64,000 bases of DNA from NCBI GenBank assembly GCA_040437565.1, contig JBDOQK010000026.1, positions 62,001-126,000 on the forward strand. Direction: 5' to 3'. Source of the stretch: Albugo candida (Eukaryota). Shown piece by piece: positions 44,022 to 55,595 of the stretch. The position numbers and the translations under genes were made by a program. The notes below the pieces were generated by a model that did not search any database, was not told the DNA's origin, and saw only the letters and a list, made by a program, of their open reading frames with translations. Each line of letters starts with the position of its first letter. Position 1 is the stretch's first letter.

Positions 44022-44149
44022 CTGTAGTAATAAGAAAGTGTGATACGGGTTTCGACCTATCAATCCATTCTGTGACTCGAATGTATTGCGTGCTTGACTG
44101 TTGAGAAAACGTTCGATTTTGTATCACAGCGTTATATATCTGACGGCTT

Positions 44150-47100
44150 TAACAAAATGTTGAATTCGACATAGCAGGTAGCAGTTGTTGGAAAAATCGC
44201 ACTTATAGTTATGGCTAAAACATAGCAAAAAACGTGTTTAACAGCGTCGGTTGAAGATAACCTTACGGGTGACACGAAGTGTGTTATCACAACGTGTAGA
44301 GTCGAAAGCATTGGTGGACCGGTTATATGGAGAAACCTCGAAATTTTAGTCAATGAAGAGGACGAAGCAGTATCACTTCATACGGATGGACATTTGATGG
44401 GGAGGATGAGTTATTTAGTGGATGCAATTCTGGGAGGAGCAAAGGAGAAGGAATGCATTTGGGATGAAACAAGCATTACGCAGAACACCCCAGTGTGTAA
44501 CTTATTACAATGTTGCGGAGAGGTTGTACGAAGATGAACATGAGCCCAACGATGAAAAGGAAGAATAGTCACTCACACCAGAAGTGGGGGTATTGGATGC
44601 ACAGATGAGCTCATTCATGGTGTGCTGGAAAACAAAATGAGACGCAGAAGATGAATCCATTGGACGTCGGAGAAAGTTGTTCCTAAATACGAGGATGTTT
44701 TTCGAGTGGAATTTGCAGCGGATCCTCCAGTGAAGTTCGAACCACTCAAAGAAAGGCTGACAGAAGGCTCAGCATCCATAATGGCGAAATTCAGACGTGA
44801 ACCACCTTTGCATAGGGACTATCTGTTAGAGATCCATCAGATCTAATGGAACATGGCTTGGTCTATCGTAATCCAGATTCGCGTTGGGAAGTGCCCCTGG
44901 AATTGTCAAGTCGGCGAATATCGCATGACGGCAGATTTGAGAGCCATAAATGCAGTCACAGTTCCTATGGCGTGATCCATGCCGCATTTAAAAGTCGTAA
45001 TGGCGAATGTGGCAGGATCGAAATGTTATCTCTCGCTGGATTTTTTCCGTTTTTATTGGCAGTAACCTCTGGACGAAGGAAGCAGGATTACTTTACGGTG
45101 GTGACTGTGATGGGTTTATGTACAGCAACTCGAGTCATAATGGGATCAACGGATGCTGAACAAGTGATGAAACCCGATTTGGGTAACGGAGTGCAAGTAT
45201 GGTTGGATGATGTTCTCGGTTATTCCGATACGGATTCAAATTGCTGGATACGCTAGAGATAGCATTACGAAATGCAGTGAATATGGGGTCGCCATAAATC
45301 CGGAGAAATCTACATTCATATCGTACTCCACAATATGGCGTGGAAAGAATATTCAAGTGGGGGAATCAGCCATTGCGAATTTCGAATACAAGGACTGTGT
45401 GAACTTGAATCTCTAGAGATGGCGGTGGACTCCAACAATTTTTATGTGCGGTAAATGGACGCGAAAAAGTATTCCGAATTATACGAGGTTGGTCAACGAT
45501 TTGCATGACGTGTTGGAAAGTGCAAGAAAGGCTGCAAAAGGTCGAAAAAAAACGAAACCTCATCCATATATTGTTGAAATACCATGGCTGGACTACGAAA
45601 CATGAGGAATGTTTGGAAAATGTAATAAAAGAATTATGTACAACGGTACCTTTGACACACCCACGGGAGACATAGGATGTAGTTTTCATACGGATGCTTT
45701 GCAACACCACTGGGGAGCAAGTTCCGCGGTTCCATGCTGAGATGGGCTACCATCGATAAGACAGCCTTCGCAATAGTGAAGACGTGCAAAGGATTGGAGT
45801 ATCTACTGCTACGGATAAATGGATTCCATGTATTCACCGCCCATCGAAAACTCCGGTTCATTTTTGATCCTCGGAGTATTGAAAATACAGTGTCTCGATA
45901 CAGAGTTGACAAATTGCAGCGCTGGTCCATACTGTTACAGATGTTTCGGTATACGGTAAACCATGTATCGGGAGAAGAAAATGTGTGGGGAGATCTACTT
46001 TCCCGATGGGGTGCTCCAGATCTGAAGGAGTTACATTTATGACAAGGAAATGTTGCGCATTGGCAGTGGTCGACATTATTTCCCCGCTGGAAAATGATGC
46101 ATTTGGTTGGCTTTCGTTGAAGGAGACACGAAAGGTCCAGGAAGAAGAGTTACAGAAGCACAGTCATTACAATTTTATCAAAGATGAAAAAAGTTTGCTA
46201 TGGGTGGATGGAGTAAGACGTATATGGATACCTGAGGATGCCATCAACCTACGAAAACGACTTTGTGTAGTAGTACATGCTGGACCAGCAGGGCATCGGG
46301 GAATTTCGACAACGCTAGCGATATTGNNNNNNNNNNNNNNNNNNNNNNNNNNNNNNNNNNNNNNNNNNNNNNNNNNNNNNNNNNNNNNNNNNNNNNNNNN
46401 NNNNNNNNNNNNNNNNNNNNNNNNNNAGATGGTATGAGCGGTTTCTGCGAATTCGTATCAACAACAATGGCGAATACGGCGGATACTGTCCAATCATTAT
46501 CGGATTGGTTCAAGCGATATGGTGTAGTCTTGGTCTGTGTATCGGGTCAAGGTTCCCATGTTAAGAACACAGTGATGGAATACCTTCGTAAAATTCTGGC
46601 TGCTCAGCACCATTTCGTTACGACATATTGCCCGTAGGCAAACGGAACCGTCGAGGTCATGAATAGGGAGCTATTAAAGGTGATGCGGTCGTTACTGTTT
46701 GAAAAAAAGCAACGGATTGGAAATTGACCAAGGTCATTGTCGCTTTGTCAATCGACAATCAACCAACTACCCTCACTCCGACTGCGAGGAATTGCACCGG
46801 TTACTGCATTTATGGCTTTGCCTCAGTGCGACCCTATCAGCGTTTTTTTTTCAATCAGTGGGAATACAACGCGTAGGGTCGTTTACGGAAAAACAGCTTA
46901 TGCAGCGAGAACACATGGCAGAATAGCACCGTACATTGGCAAGCATGCATACGCAGGTGCTGCAAACATCACGCAAAAAAAATGAAGCTGCACGGCGGCC
47001 TACGAATCAAAATCCGGCGACGATCCCGTCGATTTTAAAATTGGTGATTTCGTCTTATCGGGACATGTCACGCGGCGTGAAAACAAATTGATTCTACACT

Positions 47101-47720
47101 GTAATGAACTATACCGTGTAGTTGCGACGCTACATGATTGGATTATGACATCCAAGAAGTGGTGGAACCATCTGGCATCATTACCTGGCATGTGATCCGA
47201 CTAAATTATTTCGAGAAAAAGATTTGGGCGTCACTGAAGATTTGAAAGATTACGTCGTATATTCGTATGGGGGATATTTAGTCCGAAGCTTTTTGGATTG
47301 CCGTCTCAATACTGACACCCATTAGGTGGGAGGTACTGATGCAATGGATTGGATTGGACGACAAGGAAAATAGCTCGGAGCCAGCAAGCATCCTTGCGGA
47401 GGATGTACCGAACCTATTGCGGAAGTGGATGACTGACGACCCTCAAGCTGTTGACATGCGCACTTTCGTATAACACCAAATTTTTAAGAAGAGAGAAATG
47501 ATGGGTTTGGTATGGGTGGGGTAAGGATTGAGGAAGTTTTAAGTTAGGTAACTCTGTCTTTAGGAATCTTTCTGTGATTTCTCTTTAGATTTTGTTAGGT
47601 ATCTTTCTATACTTTTTCTAGTATTCGTCACTTTGCGTCGAACGAAGGAAGAGGAACAGCAACCAGCCACGTCGACTGGATTAATCTGTGGAAGATATGT
47701 CGCAGTACAAATATCGACGT
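44150..47720 (+). mobile_element. Degenerate Ty3/Gypsy (chromovirus-type) LTR retrotransposon
   Basis: Fragments in order: RT (YRMTADLRAINA, VWLDDVLGY), RNase H (HTDA, TAFAIV, HVSGEENVWGDLLSR), integrase (HAGPAGHRG, SGQGSH, CP*ANGTVE) and chromodomain (EVLMQWIGLDDKENSSEP). A polypurine tract at 47486-47498 is followed by TG. Many stops and frameshifts; boundaries are approximate. Confidence 0.9.
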
Positions 47721-48114
47721 GGACATTTCAGACATATAATATGCTGAGCGTTTCACTAAAGTATCCTTTAATTTGTATAGCAACATCTTTGGTGAAGTAA
47801 CATTTCATAATAAGTTATTGGTAGCAAAAGAGAATCGTCTGACTTTCCAAGAATCGGTCGAGAAGTTTGGACATGCTTGTAAGTAGACGGGTAGTATTCA
47901 ACGAGTGTCAGTGCCTCCTTCGGCTATCAGTCAGAGATAGAAAAACTGATGTTCAGCCAAATCTTACGACGCATATTTATCAAGGACGACCACATTCTTC
48001 CCCATAGGTGTAATTCAAGAAGGAGGAAGCCGAGTGCGGGATTTTCCAGGTATCGCTTCAGCTACAGTAGTAGGCCCAATGTGATCCAATGAATAGATCG
48101 TTGAACGCAGGCAA

Positions 48115-48530
48115 AACGGTCTCATGATGCATCAAAAGTTCTCGATAAAAGGTCTGTGATTAAGACCCAAGGAAGCAATATCGGGGTCGCCATTTAGGTT
48201 CTTGCGTAATTGGTTGTCTGGTCGCTGATGCTGTGAGAACTCGAAGTCTTGTGGCTTACAGCAACGAAGGAAGCGTGTACTGATACCTTTATCGAAAACG
48301 CAGGATTGATTTACGTCAAACATTGGGTGCCAATTCGAATAGTGAGAGATATTTGTTGCAGCTTCAAGACCGAGAGGGTGAAACGATGCATATGAGTTGG
48401 CCGAAGCACAGCGTCTTAAAGCCAAAGCCCTATCACCTTCCACCCTTCCCTTGTTGCCTTCAAGTAATCTCCGATTTATCTTTGCACATTTTCACGGAGA
48501 AGAGCTTTTCAAATGTATGGTTTTGATGGA
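48115..48530. repeat. Diverged repeat, copy A (paralogous to about 52105-52735)
   Basis: Shared blocks such as CTTGTGGCTTACAG, ACGAAGGAAGCGTGTACTGATACCTT, GTGCCAATTCGAAT and TATTTGTTGCAGCTTCA, in the same orientation. Confidence 0.85.
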
Positions 48531-50218
48531 ATCGTCATCATTCTGTTCACTGTAAATCATCCTGCAAGAATGAGGACGCTCTTAATTTCGATTGCTAGGC
48601 TGAGGATTGTTGTGTATAAGGGTCCCATATGATTCTATTGCAAGGAACACATTATCGGCACCGGTGATCCCTTGTTGCCTCCAAGCAATCGTATAGAATA
48701 AATGCTTCAGCTGTATACCTATAAGTCCCGATGCGTGTATTTTCTCAGAGCAGTCAGCATTTTATATCTCTCATAATTACGACTCAATTAAGAATTTTTT
48801 TATCACCGCAGTTACAAAGCTTATTGTTCGTTAGTCTTCCGTGCAGTTATCCGATACACTTCCGGTTTTAAATGCATAAAAAAGGCTTCAGTTAGTATCC
48901 ACGATACGTCAAGCTTCCATGACAATGCTATATACTTATGAATACTTCTGCAGTCAATCTCAAAATAAAAGTGCGAAGGCAAAGCAGTCACAAGAACGTG
49001 TTGAAAACGTCGAGCATGGGATTCGTGATTTTGAAAGTAGCCAAGTAGGGTGAGTCCTTATAATAGGTGACTCTGGCAGCGTTATTTTATTTTATTAGGT
49101 GCCACCGGACATCTCATAGAGCATTCTATACATTGTCCACATGGTAGAGGTGCTACCGAAAAGCTACACGACGTATGAATGGGTGAGGTGATGGCCATAT
49201 AGCTCTGTGATTGACATAAAAGTTACTCCTCCGGAGGATGTATCTTCACGGTGACAGTAAAAAGAACAGGTGAGGTGCTTGAAATGGAGATAGCCCCGAT
49301 ATTGCATATTCGCCAATATTCTACTAAAACGTATCCTGCAGCCACCCTTCGTGATCTTCTTCACGAACGGGACGGCTTGCGAGCAATGCACGATATATAG
49401 AACCTTCTATTTTGGGCAGCTAAGAGCGAATTTGCTGTAAGTTGAAGAACATTTAAAGAGTCTACGATCGACCCCGGCTATATCTCACATAGATGCGGGC
49501 ACGTTCTTTCTTCCCCCTCCAGCTTGCGACATTTGCCCGCTTCTACAAACGTTGTCATTTGATTGGTAGGAAAATAGAACTCTAGCATAAACCTACCCGA
49601 ACGCGTTCAAACCGGTATCTCCCTTTTTAGCCTTCATGCACGCTACACACGAAGAGTTTTGGGTACGCTATTCACACGGCCTGAGTAGGAATTTCAGAAG
49701 AGATTCGAGTTCACGCCGGGAAATTTGCTTCGGCTTCAACCGTATGTCAAAAGTTTTCCAAAAGAAACGACACAATCATAGCATCACGAAAGATAGAATG
49801 TACAATTGCACAGTCAACGGGAGGTTCTTCCTGCTTGAAGTTGGGAGAAAGTGGGATATGCTCCTGAATTCATTCCCGTCAAATTTTTCCCTTCAGAATT
49901 TTCCTAATACAAGCGCGCTTCAATATTCACTTAGTATTCAATTTNNNNNNNNNNNNNNNNNNNNNNNNNNNNNNNNNNNNNNNNNNNNNNNNNNNNNNNN
50001 NNNNNNNNNNNNNNNNNNNNNNNNNNNNNNNNNNNNNNNNNNNNATTGCACAGTCAACGGGAGGTTCTTCCTGCTTGAAGTTGGGAGAAAGTGGGATATG
50101 CTCCTGAATTCATTCCCGTCAAATTTTTCCCTTCAGAATTTTCCTAATACAAGCGCGCTTCAATATTCACTTAGTATTCAATTTTTCAACTCTAATGACG
50201 ACTCAAACACCCCGCACG

Positions 50219-50936
50219 ATGAAATCTCTCATCTTCATTTGGAATATCCTGGCTCTCATCACCTGCGCAGATGGAGAATCCCTTCGAACAAGCTCGGAGA
50301 ATAGAGTGTTATCGATACCTGCATCAGACAGTATGACAACGGGATTCAACAGCGGCCATCAAACTCACGGTCTCAGTCCTGGGATGGAATACAAGCTCCA
50401 AGCCAATGACAAAAGCTCACGATCCCTCGTGTCCTTCGAAAATCATGAAGATTCAAAGTCTTCGAGAGGTATGTGCTGTCCTAAGCTGATTCATTTTGGA
50501 TCTCATACGCAATAACCACGTTGTAGATCTGGGCTCGATGAATCCTGCGAGCTGTTCCAACCTTCCGGGAAGAATACCATCAAATTTCCAGACCGAGGAG
50601 GTAAACTGTGAAGAAATGAATCCGATTGCGCGTGCCGAATGTAACTCAAAGCACACCCGATCATTCAGTAAGTCACAGAATCGGAAATTAATGGATGGAG
50701 TGGGATGTTCACCCTACTTGTTACTCCGACCTCCAAGACAGGACGAGGAAGGGTCTGGTCAAACCGCCGGGTACGCATATACTTACACTTCATTGATGAA
50801 AAATCCTCCCAGCGATGTTTTTAATTCCAAGAAACCGCAGAAGCCGAAGGTTGAAGCCCTCTCGGCTCAAAATCCAACTAAAAATGATGCTCTGAAGCCG
50901 CCACACATTCCAACCTCGATGAAACGTGATGCGTAG
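50219..50936 (+). CDS. Secreted hypothetical protein, candidate effector (2 exons, about 219 aa)
   Basis: Signal peptide MKSLIFIWNILALITCADG. Intron 50469-50526 (GTATGT...TTGTAG) joins ...SSR to DLGSMNPASC in frame. Contains QNRKLM. Confidence 0.7.
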
Positions 50937-52104
50937 AAGTAGTCGATTGGTCAATCGAANNNNNNNNNNNNNNNNNNNNNNNNNNNNNNNNNNNNNNNNN
51001 NNNNNNNNNNNNNNNNNNNNNNNNNNNNNNNNNNNNNNNNNNNNNNNNNNNNNNNNNNNATGTTTTTAATTCCAAGAAACCGCAGAAGCCGAAGGTTGAA
51101 GCCCTCTCGGCTCAAAATCCAACTAAAAATGATGCTCTGAAGCCGCCACACATTCCAACCTCGATGAAACGTGATGCGTAGAAGTAGTCGATTGGTCAAT
51201 CGAAATCCATACACGATCTTGACTGTAATCCCATGTGCAAGATGTTGAGGTCTGTGCGGGCAAAAGTTGTACCAATCAGATTAGTGCGCAATTTCATTCA
51301 TGGAGTGACTTTCGATTAAGTAATAAAGTCGATACTTCTTTTTCTTATTTTTTATCGAATTCACGATCTAAAGGTACAGTATATCGTGCTATACTTCAGT
51401 TCGATCCATTGACCTGCTAGTTCATAAACCCTGCCATAACGCAAAGGGCTATGTGGACNNNNNNNNNNNNNNNNNNNNNNNNNNNNNNNNNNNNNNNNNN
51501 NNNNNNNNNNNNNNNNNNNNNNNNNNNNNNNNNNNNNNNNNNNNNNNNNNNNNNNNNNCTGTGCGGGCAAAAGTTGTACCAATCAGATTAGTGCGCAATT
51601 TCATTCATGGAGTGACTTTCGATTAAGTAATAAAGTCGATACTTCTTTTTCTTATTTTTTATCGAATTCACGATCTAAAGGTACAGTATATCGTGCTATA
51701 CTTCAGTTCGATCCATTGACCTGCTAGTTCATAAACCCTGCCATAACGCAAAGGGCTATGTGGACATGGAACGTCGGTTATGGAACAACGAAAACTTCTC
51801 ACATTTCTTTACCTGTCTATTAAGATATATCATCCACTCAAAAGTCGCTGAAAGAATTGCGACCATACTAATGCGTATCTAGATTAGCAAAAGTGCCAGA
51901 AATATAGGCTATAGGACAAGGTGCAGGTTTAAATCCCACTTGGAAATCCTTTGAGCTTCGGCGTAGCCAGGTACAGGTTCGAGTCTATATCAGCGAAATG
52001 CTGATGGACTAGATAATTGACGAATGTCTCTATCCTTTCGTTCAGGACAGACGGTACATGATGAGCAATCATTCCAATCTGAGACGATGAACCACGTGAG
52101 TGAG

Positions 52105-52735
52105 ACGGTCTCATCATGCATCGAAAGTTCTAAATAATGAGGCTGTGAGTAAAGCCGAAGCAAGCAATAATGTGGGCACCATTAAGGTTCTTGCGTGATT
52201 GGTTGTCTGGTGGCTGATGTTGAGAGAACGCGAAGCCTTGTGGCTTACAGAAACGAAGGAAGCGTGTACTGATACCTTAATTGAGAACGCATTGATGTAC
52301 TCCAAACATTGAGTGCCAATTCGAATCGTGAGAGGTATTTGTTGCAGCTTCAGGACCGAAAGAGTGAAACGATGCATTTGAGTTGACCGGAGCCCAACAT
52401 TTTAAAGACANNNNNNNNNNNNNNNNNNNNNNNNNNNNNNNNNNNNNNNNNNNNNNNNNNNNNNNNNNNNNNNNNNNNNNNNNNNNNNNNNNNNNNNNNN
52501 NNNNNNNNNNTGATGTACTCCAAACATTGAGTGCCAATTCGAATCGTGAGAGGTATTTGTTGCAGCTTCAGGACCGAAAGAGTGAAACGATGCATTTGAG
52601 TTGACCGGAGCCCAACATTTTAAAGACAAAGCACTATCAAATTCCACGTTAGTCTGGATGAAAGCCACCCAACTACCCTCCACTTGCTACTGCACGTTTT
52701 CAGAAAGAAGAGCTTCTCAAGTGTCTGTTTTTGAT
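52105..52735. repeat. Diverged repeat, copy B (paralogous to about 48115-48530)
   Basis: Same shared blocks as copy A. Includes an artefactual duplication around gap 52411-52510. Confidence 0.85.
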
Positions 52736-53088
52736 GATATTGTCCCTCCGACTACACCGAAGCCCCCAAAGCATTTCTAAGTGGGATTCAAATTTTTCCA
52801 AAAAGCCCATATTTTGGCACATTTGGAAGCTTGTGCTAATTATGTCACAGGCCAAACTATATCCAAGATCAAAGCGGTTAAAGTTATCACACGAAGGCCT
52901 CAACAAATACAAGAATTAGTTACTACGCTTGAACGAGGACAATGTGTTTTTCTATCTACTTGGAGCTGCTGAACTCTTTCGACAGGAGTGTAGGCGCATA
53001 GCAGCTTGGATTCGTGCCAGTGAAAATTATACTTTCAGCAAATTTGCTTTGAACAGAATTTGATGATGCTGCACAGTTTAGTATTTAG

Positions 53089-54592
53089 TTGGGATTCCAG
53101 CAAATATTGCAGAAAGTATCACGAGGAGGTGAACAGAAGTTGATCTCTATACACGGTAGTCTGGTCGCAATTTTCTAGCGATCTTCGCGTGGCTGGTATA
53201 ACTTACCATGCGGTACAAAAATGTGATAACTCTTGCGTTGCTTCTCTCAATTCAATAAAATGACCCTCCATGTGTATATCGCGTACTATATTAGTACGGT
53301 TTCTCAACAGTGTATGGTCGCGTAAAGGAAGTAGACATCCGATATAAATCTACATTTTGTGTCATTCAGTTTGAAATGAATTTTGGAGATAGAAGTATCG
53401 AGTGTATTACCATAAAGAATTTCAATGAGAGCTGTTACCATACAGAAGCAGAACGTGTTTGCCAATAAGCACTTCCCACAAATGATTCAATTCAACCCTT
53501 TGCAGATTTTCACATAAGCAACAACCAACACACTCTGCACAGTTGACACAGCATTCCAAACAACAATCCAAACAACTTTTCTTCAAACGATCAATCGAAT
53601 ATCATGGCGAAACGGGGGGGGGGGGGTTGAACGGACGATTGACGAGCACCACCTCCCAAATCAGTGTGAAACCGGGGCGGAATGGGCGGTATCATAGCAT
53701 AACGATCCAAATAAGGTGGCACGAGGGGGCTGATTCAGATTTTGCATAGGAACACCAGTAACAGGCATCGTGATGGGGTATCCAANNNNNNNNNNNNNNN
53801 NNNNNNNNNNNNNNNNNNNNNNNNNNNNNNNNNNNNNNNNNNNNNNNNNNNNNNNNNNNNNNNNNNNNNNNNNNNNNNNNNNNNNTTGGGATTCCAGCAA
53901 ATACCGCAGAGAGTATCATGAGGAGGTGAACAGAAGTTGATCTCTATACACGGTAGTCTGGTCGCAATTTTCTAGCGATCTTCGCGTGGCTGGTATAACT
54001 TAACATGCGGTACAAAAATGTGATAACTCTTGCATTGCATCTCTCAAATCAACAAAATGACCCTCCATGTGTATATCGCGTACTATATTAGTACGGTTTC
54101 TCAACAATGAATGGTCGCGTAAAGAAAGTAGACATCCAATATAAATCTACACTTTGTGTCATTCAGTTTGAATTGAATCTTGGAGAGAGAAGTATCGAGT
54201 TTATTACTTATTTTATTGAATTTCTCATAAAGAATTTCAATGAGAGCTGTCACCATACAGAAGCAGAACGTGTTTGCCAATGAGCACTTCCCACAAAAGA
54301 AACAATTTAACCCTTTGCAGATTTCACATAAGCAACAACCAACACACTCTGCACAGTTGACACAGCATCTCAAACAACAATCCAAACAACTCTTCTTTAA
54401 ACGATCAATCGAATCATGGCGAAACGGGGGTTTTTGAACGGAAAATTGACGAGCACCACCTTCCAAATCAGTGTGAAACCGGGGCGGAATGGGCGGTATC
54501 ATAGCATAACGATCCAAATAAGGTGACACGAGGGGGCTGATTCAGATTTTGCATAGGAACACCAGTAACAGGCATCGTGATGGGGTATCCAA
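53089..54592. repeat. About 700-bp near-identical tandem duplication across a gap (alleles or a true tandem copy)
   Basis: 53089-53785 versus 53886-54592: colinear but with multiple substitutions and indels. Confidence 0.85.
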
Positions 54593-55134
54593 GAGTTACT
54601 TGATCGGAGCACTCATCTTGAGGTCTTCCACATGTACAGAGCCGTGTTCTTTCTTGCGTCTCGAATATTCGGCTTAAACCTTCGAAACGAGAAGCATGCC
54701 CTTCCTGGTTTGACTCGCCATTCATTAATTTTCGATTCTGCGTCTTGCAGAATTCTGTGAAGTGGAGTCCGGAGCATGAGTTCTGCAATATCGTCATGAT
54801 CGTTTGACACTCCCTCTTACCTGTCTGGTGATTGGAGAGTTTCTTCCCTCATGCTTGGAGCAGCCCACACCCTTTCGGTGATCTTGTGTACACCGGACGA
54901 CAAGGTTCACGATCATTTTTCGATGTTAGGCTGCAGCCGGAAATTATTCTTCGTACTGCTTTGATCCAAAGCGTGAGCCTGATTGACGCTGAGAGGATTT
55001 CCCTTGCGTTCCATTCTCTTGTTGTCCAGCGCGGATTTCGATACGATTCCATCGTCACTGCTTTTTCGCAAGGATTCTCCATCTGGATAGACGACGAGAA
55101 GCAGGATGTTGGCAATCGAAATGAGGGTTTTCAT
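54101..55134 (-). pseudogene. Disrupted paralogue of the secreted protein at 50219, with a Cys-rich tail
   Basis: MKTLISIANILLLVVYPDGESLRKSS aligns to MKSLIFIWNILALITCADGESLRTSS. SNHQTGKRECQTIMTILQNSCSGLHFTEFCKTQNRKLMNG aligns to SNFQTEEVNCEEMNPIARAECNSKHTRSFSKSQNRKLMDG. There is an in-frame stop at 54915-54913 and frameshifts. Confidence 0.65.
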
Positions 55135-55595
55135 TGTGGCCATACTTGTGCCTTGACTGGAAAGAGTTGACGAATGAACGAATCAATGCTCAAGCATGTG
55201 TCGGGAAAGATTCGAAGGCGATAAATTCAGCAGTATATCCCACATTTTCGGAAAATCGAGCAGGAATAGGTCGTGTCGGCTGCGTAATTGTAGATTCTCC
55301 CTCTCTTGGTCGTTGGATTGCGTCATTTAGTCGTGGAAGACTTCCTCGATTTACAATTGTAGCCGAAGCGAGTTACTCTCGTCATTCGAATTTCTTCTGA
55401 TACTCCTGATCAGAATCAGATGATAATTGNNNNNNNNNNNNNNNNNNNNNNNNNNNNNNNNNNNNNNNNNNNNNNNNNNNNNNNNNNNNNNNNNNNNNNN
55501 NNNNNNNNNNNNNNNNNNNNNNNNNNNNNTGATCAGAATCAGATGATAATTGCATTTAATTACATTGCTAGCCAGTCTATTCTGAACATGCTCTC

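Noticed and set aside
49636-50304. 222-aa ORF upstream of the secreted gene
   Set aside because: Its length comes from the N gap and duplicated flank, and it overlaps the probable promoter of the 50219 gene.
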